From: Leptospirillia bacterium
GTDB lineage: Bacteria > Nitrospirota > JACRHL01
Reading direction: 5' to 3'
Length of the DNA stretch: 64,000 bases
Assembly (NCBI GenBank): GCA_046754085.1
Contig: JBHHVE010000007.1
Coordinates: 26,964-90,963 of the forward strand
The notes beneath the pieces were generated by a model, which was not told the DNA's origin, did no database searches, and saw only the letters and a program-made list of their open reading frames with translations. Position 1 is the stretch's first letter. Each line of letters begins with the position of its first letter. Of this stretch, positions 31,331 through 40,606 are shown piece after piece. Made by a program: the position numbers and the translations under genes.

Positions 31331-33019
31331 ATGTCCGCGCAGCTTGCCGATATCATCCTGGAAGGGCTCGACGCCGCGCGCAAAGCGGGTGCGCTTGATT
31401 TCCCCACGCCCCCCCAGGTGGTGCTCGAAGCCCCCCGTCAGGCGGCCCACGGCGACGTCGCCTGCCCGGTGGCCCTGGGGCTCGCCAAAATCGTGGGACG
31501 CCCCCCCCGGGACATCGCCCAGACCCTTATCGACCATCTGACCCTGCCCGACGGGCTGGTGGACAAGGTGGAGATTGCCGGTCCCGGCTTCATCAACTTC
31601 CACCTGGCCCCGGCCTACTGGACCGCCCGCATCACCGACATCATCGCCCAGGGTGACACCTACGGACACAACCGCAGCATGCACGGTCAGAAGGTGCTGG
31701 CGGAGTTCGTCTCCGCCAACCCCACCGGCCCCCTGCATGTGGGCCACGGCCGCGGCGCGGTGGTGGGGGATGCCGCCGCACGGCTGCTTTCCGCCTGCGG
31801 CGCCAAGGTGGACAGGGAGTACTACGTCAACAACGTCGGCAACCAGATGAATATTCTGGGGCGCTCCACCCACTACCGCTATCTGGAGCTTCTGGGCCGC
31901 ACCATCGCGTTTCCCGACGACCACTACAAGGGCGCCTACATCGGCGAAATCGCCCGGCGGCTCCTTGATGCCGACGGCGACATCCACGCAGACACCGACG
32001 AGGAGGCCTGGCTGCCGCGCTTTACCGATTTCGCCTACAGCGCCATCCTGGAAGACATCCGCGCCGAGCTGAATGCCTTTGATGTTCACTTCGACCGCTG
32101 GTACTCGGAAAAAGACCTCTACGTCGGCGACCCCAGCCCGGTACAGGCGGCCCTGGACGCCCTCGCCGAACAGGAGATGCTGTACGAGAAGGACGGCGCC
32201 AAATGGCTCGCCACCACCCGGCACGGCGACGACAAGGACCGGGTGCTGGTGCGGGCCAACGGCGTGACCACCTACTTCGCCTCCGACGTGGCCTACCACA
32301 AGGAAAAGTTCGCCCGCGGCTACCACCGGCTGATCGACGTCTGGGGCGCCGACCACCACGGCTACGTGGGCCGCATGAAGGCCGCCGCCGCCATGGTGGG
32401 CAAGGACCCGGAGGCACTCACCGTGATTCTGGTGCAACTGGTCTCCCTGCTCAAAGGCGGCGAGCCGGTGGCCATGAGCACCCGCGCGGGTTCCTTCGTG
32501 ACCCTGGCCCAGGTGGTGGAGGAAATCGGTAAAGACGCCACCCGCTTCTACTTTCTGACCCGCAAGAGCGACGCCCACCTGGAGTTTGACCTGGAACTGG
32601 CCAAGAGCCAGACCTCGGACAACCCGGTCTACTACGTGCAGTACGCCCACGCCCGGGTCCACCAGTTGTTCGGCAAGGCGCTGGAGCGCTACGACATCGG
32701 CCCCGACGAAACCCGTCAGGCGGGCGACGAGGGGTGGGACCTGTCCGCCCTGGAAGACGCCGAAACCATCGCCCTGATCAAAAAGCTCACCGATTTTCCG
32801 AAGATGGTTGAGGATGCGGCCGCCGAACTGGCCGTGCACCGCACCCCGTACTATCTGCAGGAGCTGGCCGCCCAGTTCCACGCCTACTATTACAAGCACC
32901 GCTTCGTCAGTGACGACCTGCCCCTCACCCGCGCCCGTATGGTGCTGGCGACGGCGGTCGGCCAAGTGCTAAAAAACGGCCTGACCCTGATGGGCGTCGG
33001 CGCGCCCACCCGAATGTAA
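31331..33019 (+). CDS. argS: Arginine--tRNA ligase
   Basis: ATG 31331. Class I motifs: [15 protein letters not shown] (HIGH) and the MSTR-type KMSKS equivalent VAMSTRAGS. Confidence 0.95.
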   Translation: MSAQLADIILEGLDAARKAGALDFPTPPQVVLEAPRQAAHGDVACPVALGLAKIVGRPPRDIAQTLIDHLTLPDGLVDKVEIAGPGFINFHLAPAYWTARITDIIAQGDTYGHNRSMHGQKVLAEFVSANPTGPLHVGHGRGAVVGDAAARLLSACGAKVDREYYVNNVGNQMNILGRSTHYRYLELLGRTIAFPDDHYKGAYIGEIARRLLDADGDIHADTDEEAWLPRFTDFAYSAILEDIRAELNAFDVHFDRWYSEKDLYVGDPSPVQAALDALAEQEMLYEKDGAKWLATTRHGDDKDRVLVRANGVTTYFASDVAYHKEKFARGYHRLIDVWGADHHGYVGRMKAAAAMVGKDPEALTVILVQLVSLLKGGEPVAMSTRAGSFVTLAQVVEEIGKDATRFYFLTRKSDAHLEFDLELAKSQTSDNPVYYVQYAHARVHQLFGKALERYDIGPDETRQAGDEGWDLSALEDAETIALIKKLTDFPKMVEDAAAELAVHRTPYYLQELAAQFHAYYYKHRFVSDDLPLTRARMVLATAVGQVLKNGLTLMGVGAPTRM

Positions 33020-34171
33020 ATGGCAGCCACGCCCCTCGCCATGTCCACCGCACTCGACTTTTCCATCGACAGCCGCTGCCCGGACACCCGCGCCCGCACC
33101 GGCCGGCTCACCCTCGGCCACGGCACCGTGCAGACGCCGGTGTTCATGCCGGTGGGCACCGCCGCCTCGGTCAAGGCGCTGTCCCCCCGGGACCTGACCG
33201 AGCTGGGGGCCGAGATGATCCTCGGCAACACCTACCACCTGTACTTGAGACCCGGCCACGAGCTGGTGGAGAAGATGGGGAAGCTGAACCGCTTCATGGG
33301 GTGGGACAGGCCGATCCTCACCGACAGCGGCGGCTATCAGGTGTTCAGCATGACCGACCTGAGCCAGGTGGACGACGACGGCGTGTCGTTCACCTCCCAC
33401 ATCGACGGCAGCCGCCACCGCTTCACCCCGGAACATTCCATGGCGGTGCAGGCCGCACTCGGCGCGGATATCGCGATGGTGTTCGACGAATGCCTGGAGT
33501 ACCCGGCCACCCGCGAGGTCACGGCCCGCTCCACCGAACGGTCACTGGCCTGGGCCAGACGCTCCAAGGCCGCCCATCAGTTATCCGGCCAGGCCCTGTT
33601 CGGCATCGTGCAGGGGGGCTTCGAGGACGACCTTCGCATCCACTCCGCCCAGGCCACCGTCGAGATGGGCTTTGACGGCTACGCCATCGGCGGCCTGTCG
33701 GTGGGGGAGCCCAAGCATCTCATGCACCACGTCGCCGAGACGGTGGTGCCGCATCTGCCCGAGGAAGCGCCGCGCTACCTGATGGGGGTGGGACTGCCCA
33801 TCGACCTGATCGAGGGGGTGTCACGGGGGATCGACATGTTCGACTGCGTCATGCCCACCCGCCACGCCCGCACCGCCTCCCTGTTCACCGGCTGGAGCCG
33901 GATCAACATCAAGAACGCCCGCTTCCGCGATGACCCGGAACCGATCGAGGCGGGCTGCACGTGCTACACCTGCCGGAACTTTTCCCGCGCCTATTTGAGG
34001 CACCTGTTCGTTTCGGGGGAGATTCTTGGCCGCCATTTGAATACCATTCACAACGTACATCACTACCTCTCCCTGATGCGACGAATCCGCCAGGCCATCG
34101 CCGAAGGCCGGTTTGCCGCATTCCACCGGGAGTCGGTTAATCAATATCTGGAGGAGACCACACATGTCTGA
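33020..34171 (+). CDS. tgt: Queuine tRNA-ribosyltransferase
   Basis: Motifs: HGTVQTPVFMPVGT, ILTDSGGYQVFS, Zn site CTCYTCRNFSRAYLRHL. Confidence 0.95.
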   Translation: MAATPLAMSTALDFSIDSRCPDTRARTGRLTLGHGTVQTPVFMPVGTAASVKALSPRDLTELGAEMILGNTYHLYLRPGHELVEKMGKLNRFMGWDRPILTDSGGYQVFSMTDLSQVDDDGVSFTSHIDGSRHRFTPEHSMAVQAALGADIAMVFDECLEYPATREVTARSTERSLAWARRSKAAHQLSGQALFGIVQGGFEDDLRIHSAQATVEMGFDGYAIGGLSVGEPKHLMHHVAETVVPHLPEEAPRYLMGVGLPIDLIEGVSRGIDMFDCVMPTRHARTASLFTGWSRINIKNARFRDDPEPIEAGCTCYTCRNFSRAYLRHLFVSGEILGRHLNTIHNVHHYLSLMRRIRQAIAEGRFAAFHRESVNQYLEETTHV

Positions 34172-34580
34172 ATGGATTGCCTGGGCCGGACCCAAAACCG
34201 CATGGGCCCAGGGTGCCGCGCCAGCCCCCGTGGGAGGCACCGGTGCCTTTCTGACCAGCTTTTTCCCCTTCATCCTGATCTTCGTGCTGTTCTACTTTTT
34301 GCTGATCCGCCCCCAGCAGAAACGGCAAAAAGCCCACCGCACCATGATTGACGAGATCAAGAAAGGCGATAAGGTGGTCACCAACGGTGGCGTTTTGGGT
34401 ACCATCACCTCGGTGACCAAGTCGGTCATCACCCTTCAGGTGTCCGACAGCGCCCGGCTCAAGGTATTGCGTAGCGAGATTATGGGAATGCAACAGGAGT
34501 TGCTGGGAGACGAAGCTCCCGCATCCCCCAAGGCGAAACCCGCCAAGGAAACAAAGACCAAAGAGGCCAAGGACAAGTAG
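34164..34580 (+). CDS. yajC: Preprotein translocase subunit YajC
   Basis: ATG 34164. Motifs: FILIFVLFYFLLIRPQQKRQKAH, GDKVVTNGGVLGTI. Has a Lys-rich tail. Confidence 0.88.
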   Translation: MSEWIAWAGPKTAWAQGAAPAPVGGTGAFLTSFFPFILIFVLFYFLLIRPQQKRQKAHRTMIDEIKKGDKVVTNGGVLGTITSVTKSVITLQVSDSARLKVLRSEIMGMQQELLGDEAPASPKAKPAKETKTKEAKDK

Positions 34581-34607
34581 GCGAAGCCCGCCGCCGAAAG
34601 GGAAACG

Positions 34608-36197
34608 ATGCGAAAGTCCATCATGGGACGGTTTGCCGCGGTGATCATCATCGCGGTGCTGTCGGCACTTTATTTTCTGCCCACCCTGCCCGACCGCATG
34701 CTGCCGGAAGGTATGCGGGACAGCCTTCCGGGAGAGGGCCTCAACCTGGGGCTCGACCTGATGGGGGGCATCCATCTGGTGCTTCGGGTGGAGCGCGAGG
34801 TGGCGGTGGTCAGTTTCGTCGAACGCCTCGGCGACAACGTTGCCAATGGTCTGGAAAAACTCCTTGAGCGCCCGATGGAAGTCAGCGCCGACGGTGAATA
34901 TGGCCTGGTCATCGCCAACCCGGGTGGCGCTGACGATCTCTCACTCATCCGCGAACACATCGCCGACCGCTTTCGAGAGATCGAGGAGAGCACCACCGAC
35001 GATGCCGGGATGCACCTGGTCCTGAAGCCGGAGGAAGCCGACCGTATCCGGATTGGCGCGGTCACCCAGTCCCTTGAAACCATCCGAAACCGTATCGACC
35101 AGTTCGGCGTTGCCGAGCCCCTCATTCAGCAGCAGGGCGCGGACGAAATCCTGGTGCAGCTACCCGGCGTATCGGACCCGGAGCGGGCCATTGCGCTGAT
35201 CGGCAAGACCGCCGTGCTGGAATTCAAAATGGTCGACGAGGACGTCACCTACACATCCGGAGATCCGATCCCGGATGGCGACGAACTGCTCTACCGTCGG
35301 GTCACCGATCCGGTCAGTGGTCTGGAGATCGACCGGGAACCGTACGTCCTCAATAAGAAGGCCATCCTCACCGGCAGCACCCTCACCGATGCGCGGGTCG
35401 CTTTCGATCAGTTCAATGACCCGTACGTGGCCATCACGTTCGATTCCGTCGGCGCCGAGATTTTCGGACGGGTGACCACCGACAATGTCGGTCGGCGCTT
35501 CGCCGTTGTTTTGGACAACAATGTCTACACCGCCCCGGTGATCCGCGAACCGATCATGGGCGGCCGCGCCTCCATCTCGGGCAACTTTACTTCGGCCACC
35601 GCCAACGACCTGGCCATCGTGCTGCGCGCCGGTGCCCTTCCGGCGCCGGTGACCATCCTGCAAAACGTCACGGTCGGCCCCTCCCTGGGCGCCGACTCAA
35701 TCCGCGCGGGCCTTACCGCCACCCTGTCCGGGCTGGTGCTGGTAATGATTTTCATGACCTTTTATTACCGGGTGGCGGGGCTTATTGCCAACTTTGCCCT
35801 GGTCCTCAACCTGACCATTCTCATGGGCGCGCTCGGCACCATGCACGCCACCCTCACCCTGCCGGGCATCGCCGGCATCCTGCTGACCATCGGCATGGGA
35901 GTGGACTCGAACGTGCTGATCTTCGAGCGCATCAGAGAGGAACTCAAGCTCGGCAAGACCGTGCGCCTCGCGGTGGATCAGGGTTACGACCGGGCGTTGG
36001 TCACCATCGTCGACGCCCACGTCACCACGCTGATTACAGCGCTGGTGCTATTCCTGTTCGGATCGGGTCCGGTCAAGGGGTTTGCGGTCACCCTGTCCCT
36101 CGGCATCCTGATCAATTTTTTCACTGCCTTTGTCGGCACCAAAGTGTTCTTCGACTGGATGAACTCACGGAAACGACTGGCAGAACTGAGCATTTGA
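34608..36197 (+). CDS. secD: Protein translocase subunit SecD
   Basis: GLDLMGGIHLV, QLPGVSDPERA and the C-terminal six-TM domain. It sits in the conserved tgt-yajC-secD-secF order. Confidence 0.95.
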   Translation: MRKSIMGRFAAVIIIAVLSALYFLPTLPDRMLPEGMRDSLPGEGLNLGLDLMGGIHLVLRVEREVAVVSFVERLGDNVANGLEKLLERPMEVSADGEYGLVIANPGGADDLSLIREHIADRFREIEESTTDDAGMHLVLKPEEADRIRIGAVTQSLETIRNRIDQFGVAEPLIQQQGADEILVQLPGVSDPERAIALIGKTAVLEFKMVDEDVTYTSGDPIPDGDELLYRRVTDPVSGLEIDREPYVLNKKAILTGSTLTDARVAFDQFNDPYVAITFDSVGAEIFGRVTTDNVGRRFAVVLDNNVYTAPVIREPIMGGRASISGNFTSATANDLAIVLRAGALPAPVTILQNVTVGPSLGADSIRAGLTATLSGLVLVMIFMTFYYRVAGLIANFALVLNLTILMGALGTMHATLTLPGIAGILLTIGMGVDSNVLIFERIREELKLGKTVRLAVDQGYDRALVTIVDAHVTTLITALVLFLFGSGPVKGFAVTLSLGILINFFTAFVGTKVFFDWMNSRKRLAELSI

Positions 36198-36213
36198 CGG
36201 AGTACCTATCGCC

Positions 36214-37149
36214 ATGCTCGAAATTATCGGCAAGACCCAGATCAACTTTCTCGGCAAGCGCCGGATCGCTTACGTAATATCCTCCGTGCTCATACTGCTC
36301 GGCCTCCTCACGGTGGGGCAGATCATCATGGGTAAAGCCAATCTGGGCATCGATTTCTCCGGCGGCAGCAGCGTGCAGCTCAACTTCGAGCACCCGGTCC
36401 AGATGGACGAGGTGCGCGACATGCTGTCGAACAGCGGCTTCAACGACGCCGACCTGCAACAGTTTACCGGCACCAACAAGCTCCTGATCCGGGTAAAGAG
36501 AAACGACACCATCGAAGAGAAGGTCTCCACCCGCCTGAAGGCCGTGTTCATCGAGCAGATGCCGGACAACCCGTTTGTGGTCGACTCGGTCACCGAGGTC
36601 GGCCCCTCCATCGGCTCCCGTCTGCAAAAAGACGCCGCCCTTGCGGTGGGCATCTCGTTCGTCGGCATCATCCTTTACATCGCCATGCGTTTCGAATTCC
36701 GCTTCGGGGTGGCGGCGGCCATCGCCACCTTCCACGACGTGCTGGCGGTGCTGGGCCTGTTTCATCTCATGGGCAACGAGATCAACCTGCTGCTGATCAC
36801 GGCGCTTCTGACCCTGGCCGGGTACTCCCTCAACGATACCGTGGTGGTGTTCGACCGCATTCGGGAAAACCTGAGAAAACGCCACGGGGAAAAGCTGGAG
36901 GAGGTGATCAACCGCGGCATCAACCAGGTGCTGTCCCGCACACTGGTCACCACCCTCACCACCCTGTTCGTGCTCGTCACCCTCACCCTGTGGGGTGGCG
37001 AGGTGCTGCACGACTTCGCCCTCGCCCTGCTGGTGGGGGTGTTTATCGGTAACTATTCGTCGATCTTCGTGGCGGGCTCCCTGGTGCTGGAATGGCGCAT
37101 GACCACTGTCCCGAAAAGGAACCCGCTCGCGGAAGAGGAAAAGATATGA
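36214..37149 (+). CDS. secF: Protein translocase subunit SecF
   Basis: GIDFSGGSSVQL, GYSLNDTVVVFDRIREN. Confidence 0.95.
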   Translation: MLEIIGKTQINFLGKRRIAYVISSVLILLGLLTVGQIIMGKANLGIDFSGGSSVQLNFEHPVQMDEVRDMLSNSGFNDADLQQFTGTNKLLIRVKRNDTIEEKVSTRLKAVFIEQMPDNPFVVDSVTEVGPSIGSRLQKDAALAVGISFVGIILYIAMRFEFRFGVAAAIATFHDVLAVLGLFHLMGNEINLLLITALLTLAGYSLNDTVVVFDRIRENLRKRHGEKLEEVINRGINQVLSRTLVTTLTTLFVLVTLTLWGGEVLHDFALALLVGVFIGNYSSIFVAGSLVLEWRMTTVPKRNPLAEEEKI

Positions 37150-37907
37150 GTCGTTCCACCCTGAAGACTGTGCTCTCTGCCGGGTTGCTCCTGCTGTTAC
37201 CGGCATGTGGCGGAGACTCCGACACCCAGAAGGAAATTCTGGCGGAGATCAAGAGCCTGCGCGCCGAGGTGGCGGAGATCGCCGAGGAGGTGTCGAACAT
37301 CAAAGCCGCTCCGGCGGCCCCCTCCCGCTCCGCTGGCCGTCCCCCCGCACCCACCTCCGCCACGGTCAACGCGGCGCCCTTCCCGGCCATGGGGAACAAG
37401 GACGCGGCAGTTACAATCGTCGAGTTTTCCGACTACCAGTGCCCGTTCTGCCGACGGCACACCAACAACACGATTCCGCAACTGAAGGCCAACTACATCG
37501 ACAAGGGCCAGGTGCGCTACGTGTACGTGGATAACCCCATCGCCTCTCACAGGCATGCCCCCAAGGCGGCAGAGGCGGCCCACTGTGCCGGTGAGCAGGG
37601 CAAATTCTGGCAGATGCACGACCACCTGTTCGCCAACCAGCACCGCATTCGCCCGGAGAATTTCCCGGTGTTTGCCGCCGAATTGAAACTGGACACCAAT
37701 GAATTTGGCGAATGCTTAGACTCCGGCCGTCACGCCCCCCTGGTCGAAGCCGGCAGGAAGGCGGGCACCGAGGCCGGCGCCCGTGGCACCCCCACCTTCG
37801 TGATCGGAAAAACCCGCTCGGACGGCACGGTCAGCGGCGACCTGGTGGTGGGCGCCAAGGCGTATTCCGTATTCGAGGCCAAGCTGAGCCAACTGCTCGG
37901 GTCTTAG
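37146..37907 (+). CDS. DsbA-family thiol:disulfide oxidoreductase lipoprotein
   Basis: ATG 37146 overlaps the secF stop (ATGA). Lipobox LLLLPACGG. Active site FSDYQCPFCRRH. Confidence 0.85.
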   Translation: MSRSTLKTVLSAGLLLLLPACGGDSDTQKEILAEIKSLRAEVAEIAEEVSNIKAAPAAPSRSAGRPPAPTSATVNAAPFPAMGNKDAAVTIVEFSDYQCPFCRRHTNNTIPQLKANYIDKGQVRYVYVDNPIASHRHAPKAAEAAHCAGEQGKFWQMHDHLFANQHRIRPENFPVFAAELKLDTNEFGECLDSGRHAPLVEAGRKAGTEAGARGTPTFVIGKTRSDGTVSGDLVVGAKAYSVFEAKLSQLLGS

Positions 37908-37909
37908 CA

Positions 37910-37935
37910 CCCACCCCCGCGGGGGTGGGAATTTC
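37910..37935 (+). terminator. Hairpin terminator after the dsbA-like gene
   Basis: CCCACCCC-CGCG-GGGGTGGG followed by AATTTCC; the U tract is weak. Confidence 0.55.
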
Positions 37936-37959
37936 CCCATCACACGTTTTCTGGCATTG

Positions 37960-38004
37960 TTGACACGGATTCCGTTTCGATATATATTCGTACACTCGAA
38001 TATA
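37960..38004 (+). promoter_or_regulatory. Consensus sigma70-type promoter with a palindromic operator overlapping the -10
   Basis: TTGACA (37960-37965), 17-nt spacer, TATATT (37983-37988). Perfect inverted repeat TATATTCG-N6-CGAATATA (37983-38004) ends 8 nt before the arsR-family ATG. Confidence 0.7.
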
Positions 38005-38012
38005 AAAAGATT

Positions 38013-38357
38013 ATGAAACGTGCGTTTGTAGATGAAATCAACCAACTCCATGCGGAGTTGTGTCAGGCCCTGGCAGATCCCAAGCGCCTGCTGATCCTGT
38101 ATGCCCTGGGCGATGGCTCCCTTTCGGTGGGAGACCTGGCCGATCGGCTCGGGCTTCGGCAGTCCAACGTTTCCCAGCACCTTGCGGTTCTCAGGGACCG
38201 TGGCCTGGTGGTGGCGCAACGCGCCGGCACCACTGTGTATTACTCAATCAAGTACCCCATGGTTCTCGAAGCCCTGGACCTGCTGCGCGGGGTGCTCAAA
38301 GACAAACTGACCGAGGCGCGGGACCGCGCCGACCGTTTCATGGAGATGACCCGATGA
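38013..38357 (+). CDS. ArsR/SmtB-family transcriptional regulator
   Basis: Motifs: LCQALADPKRLLILYAL, VGDLADRLGLRQSNVSQHLAVLRDRGLV. Contains a single Cys (C17). Confidence 0.88.
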   Translation: MKRAFVDEINQLHAELCQALADPKRLLILYALGDGSLSVGDLADRLGLRQSNVSQHLAVLRDRGLVVAQRAGTTVYYSIKYPMVLEALDLLRGVLKDKLTEARDRADRFMEMTR

Positions 38358-38605
38358 GCGATATCGCATCCGACACGGCTGTGGACCAGATCCTGGACAT
38401 CTGTGGCGTGACCTGCCCGATCACCTTTGTGAAGAGCAAGCTGACCCTGGAGCGCATGCAGCCCGGACAGGTACTCAAGGTCCTGATCGACTATCCGCCG
38501 TCGGCGGAGAACGTGCCCCGCAGCCTGGCCCATGAAGGCCACGAGATCATCAGCATCACCGAGACCGACGGCCCGCTCTGGACCCTGCTGGTCCGCAAGG
38601 CTTAG
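38354..38605 (+). CDS. TusA-like sulfur carrier (variant CPIT motif)
   Basis: ATG 38354 overlaps the arsR-family stop (ATGA). LDICGVTCPITFVKSKL has a Cys-Pro, but the second Pro of CPxP is Thr. Confidence 0.8.
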   Translation: MSDIASDTAVDQILDICGVTCPITFVKSKLTLERMQPGQVLKVLIDYPPSAENVPRSLAHEGHEIISITETDGPLWTLLVRKA

Positions 38606-38625
38606 ATGGCATAAGGCGCCCCACG

Positions 38626-38970
38626 ATGGCCAAGAAACTCGGCATTCTGCTCAACACAAGCCCGGAGCACCAGAATACCTACACCGCCTGCCAGCTGGCC
38701 CAGGCCTTCCTCGACGATGGCCACGAAGCGGAGCTGTTCCTGATGAACGACGGGGTCTACAACGTGATCCGCAACAACGAATCGCCCTACCGGCTGTTCG
38801 GCGGGGTTGAGGACCTGATGAGCAAGGGGCTCAAGGTCAGCCTGTGCCTGACCACCGGGGACATCCGGGGGCTGTGCCAGGATGATTTTCTGGAAGGGGT
38901 GGAATGCTGTAGCCAGGACCATCTGGCCGACATCGTGACTGCCGCGGACTACTTCCTGCATTTCGGATAG
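38626..38970 (+). CDS. DsrE/TusD-like protein (compact, 114 aa)
   Basis: MAKKLGILLNTSP.., LFLMNDGVYNV, and Cys74 in VSLCLTTGDIRG, which matches the DsrE/TusD active-site context C-x5-RG. Confidence 0.75.
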   Translation: MAKKLGILLNTSPEHQNTYTACQLAQAFLDDGHEAELFLMNDGVYNVIRNNESPYRLFGGVEDLMSKGLKVSLCLTTGDIRGLCQDDFLEGVECCSQDHLADIVTAADYFLHFG

Positions 38971-38975
38971 CGATC

Positions 38976-39320
38976 ATGAAGAACGTCGTCCTGCTTTTGC
39001 GCCACACCCCCCTGAACCACATCAAGAACCTGGAGGCGTTCCGCCTCGGTCTCGGCCTGACCCTGAGCAACAACGAGGTCACGGTGGCGATGATCGATCA
39101 GGGGGTGTTCAATGCCCTCGATTTCCGGCCCGAGGTGGTGGGACGCCCCTCGGTGGACAGTTTTCTGGACTTCTACGGCGACGTCGGCGTGCGCTCACTG
39201 GTGGACCGCGAGGGCGTTGCCCAGGCGGGCATCAGCACCCTGCGTGAGGGCGTTGAAGCGGTGGATAGAAAAGAAATCATCGAGATGCTGCGCAGCGCCG
39301 ACCTGGTTATCCCGTTCTAG
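38976..39320 (+). CDS. DsrF/TusC-like protein (114 aa)
   Basis: VVLLLRHTP..EAFRLGLGL..VAMIDQGVFNAL...ADLVIPF is the DsrE/F-fold pattern and lacks the active-site Cys. Confidence 0.7.
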   Translation: MKNVVLLLRHTPLNHIKNLEAFRLGLGLTLSNNEVTVAMIDQGVFNALDFRPEVVGRPSVDSFLDFYGDVGVRSLVDREGVAQAGISTLREGVEAVDRKEIIEMLRSADLVIPF

Positions 39321-39329
39321 GAGAAGAGA

Positions 39330-39578
39330 GTGGCGAAAACCCTGCATATTCTCCGCAACCTGGACATCCGGCTCTGTCAGGAAACGCTGAACGCCCCGGC
39401 GGGTGACTCGGTGCTCCTGATTCAGGACGGCGTACTGGGACGCGACCATTTTGACTGTGAGGTCCGTGTCTGTCGTGACGACCTTACCGCCCGCAACATG
39501 GAGAGCAGCCACAAGGCGCTTTCCTATACTGAAATCAAGGACCTGATGCTGGCCCACGACCGCGTGATTCTATGGTAG
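39330..39578 (+). CDS. DsrH/TusB-like protein (82 aa)
   Basis: GTG start. LHILRN..RLCQETL..SVLLIQDGV has a Cys16 positioned like DsrH Cys20 of Allochromatium (recalled). Confidence 0.65.
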   Translation: MAKTLHILRNLDIRLCQETLNAPAGDSVLLIQDGVLGRDHFDCEVRVCRDDLTARNMESSHKALSYTEIKDLMLAHDRVILW

Positions 39579-39621
39579 CCGAGGGGTCCGGACCGAATAT
39601 CCGTTTGGAGGTTTATTTGTC

Positions 39622-39864
39622 ATGAGTGAGACCATTCAGGTCGATCAGGAACTCGACTGCCGGGGGCTTTCCTGCCCGCTGCCGATCGTCAAGACCAAGA
39701 AGGCCATCGACGGCATGGCGGTGGGACAAATCCTCAAAATGACCGCCACCGATCCTGGATCGGTGAACGACATGGCCGCCTGGGTCCGAAAAACCGGCAA
39801 CGATATAGTGGACCAGACCGAAGCCGGCGGCGAGTACACATACTTTATCCGCAAAGCCGGGTAG
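39622..39864 (+). CDS. tusA: TusA-family sulfur carrier
   Basis: LDCRGLSCPLPIVKTKKAI contains the CPxP motif; also ATDPGSVNDMAAW. Confidence 0.88.
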   Translation: MSETIQVDQELDCRGLSCPLPIVKTKKAIDGMAVGQILKMTATDPGSVNDMAAWVRKTGNDIVDQTEAGGEYTYFIRKAG

Positions 39865-39929
39865 CGTTAGAGTTATACATGGACCCGCGGCACGCCGAGG
39901 GCCATTCAACACATAGGAATCCGCCACCC

Positions 39930-40529
39930 ATGAGCGAGACGGACAAGAACATAGACAGCATTGTCGAGGAACGGCTACAGGCCCTGCTCGACCAGAAACT
40001 CGGCAGTCTGGTGGACGAGCGGGTGGCCAAGGCCCTGGCCGAGCACGAGGCCGCCCAGGGCGGTCAGCTCGACCGCATCGCCATTGTCGCCTCCAAGGGC
40101 AGCCTGGACATGGCCTATCCGCCCCTGATCCTCGCCACCACGGCGGCGGCCATGGGCATGGAGGCCGGTATCTTCTTCACCTTCTACGGCCTCGACATCA
40201 TCAACAAAAAGAAGAACGCCCACCTCCAGGTGCCGTCTCTGGCCAACCCGGCCATGCCGGTGCCGGTGCCCAACATCATCGGCGCCCTGCCGGGCATGAC
40301 CATGGCGGCCACCATGATGATGAAAAACTGGATGGGCCGGGTGAACCTCAACTCAATCCCCGAGTTCCTCGAGATGGCCCTGGACCTGGACTGCAAGCTG
40401 ATCGGCTGCCAGATGACCATGGACGTCATGGGCACCTCGAAAGAGGACATGATCGACGGCATCGAAGTCGGTGGCGCCGCCACTTTCCTGGAGTATGCCA
40501 GCAAGGCCAAGATCAGCCTGTTTATCTAA
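39930..40529 (+). CDS. DsrE2-like (DsrE/DsrF-like family, COG2210-type) protein
   Basis: ATG 39930. Motifs: IAIVASKGSLDMAYPPLILATTAAAMGMEAGIFFTFYGL, CKLIGCQMTMDVMG. Confidence 0.75.
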   Translation: MSETDKNIDSIVEERLQALLDQKLGSLVDERVAKALAEHEAAQGGQLDRIAIVASKGSLDMAYPPLILATTAAAMGMEAGIFFTFYGLDIINKKKNAHLQVPSLANPAMPVPVPNIIGALPGMTMAATMMMKNWMGRVNLNSIPEFLEMALDLDCKLIGCQMTMDVMGTSKEDMIDGIEVGGAATFLEYASKAKISLFI

Positions 40530-40546
40530 AATTTCGCCCCAGTGCG

Positions 40547-40586
40547 AAAAAAGGCCGCCGGGCGAAACGCACCGGCGGCCTTTTTT
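40547..40586. terminator. Bidirectional rho-independent terminator
   Basis: A6 run, stem GGCCGCCGG, 10-nt loop, stem CCGGCGGCC, T6 run. Lies between the convergent dsrE2-like gene and wecE. Confidence 0.85.
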
Positions 40587-40606
40587 CGATCCCGGCGGAA
40601 CCGGCT

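Noticed and set aside
36121-37206. 361-aa ORF antisense to secF. Similar antisense ORFs occur elsewhere: 4049-5356, 7080-8339, 16610-17626, 21606-22625, 23011-24036, 25555-26589, 40769-41797, 49454-50446, 55629-56603 and 56833-57861.
   Set aside because: Each is opposite a confidently recognised gene, and none carries a recognisable motif.
38060-38353. Upstream extension of the TusA-like ORF through the arsR-family gene
   Set aside because: It overlaps the ArsR coding frame. TusA homology starts at ATG 38354, which forms an ATGA junction with arsR.
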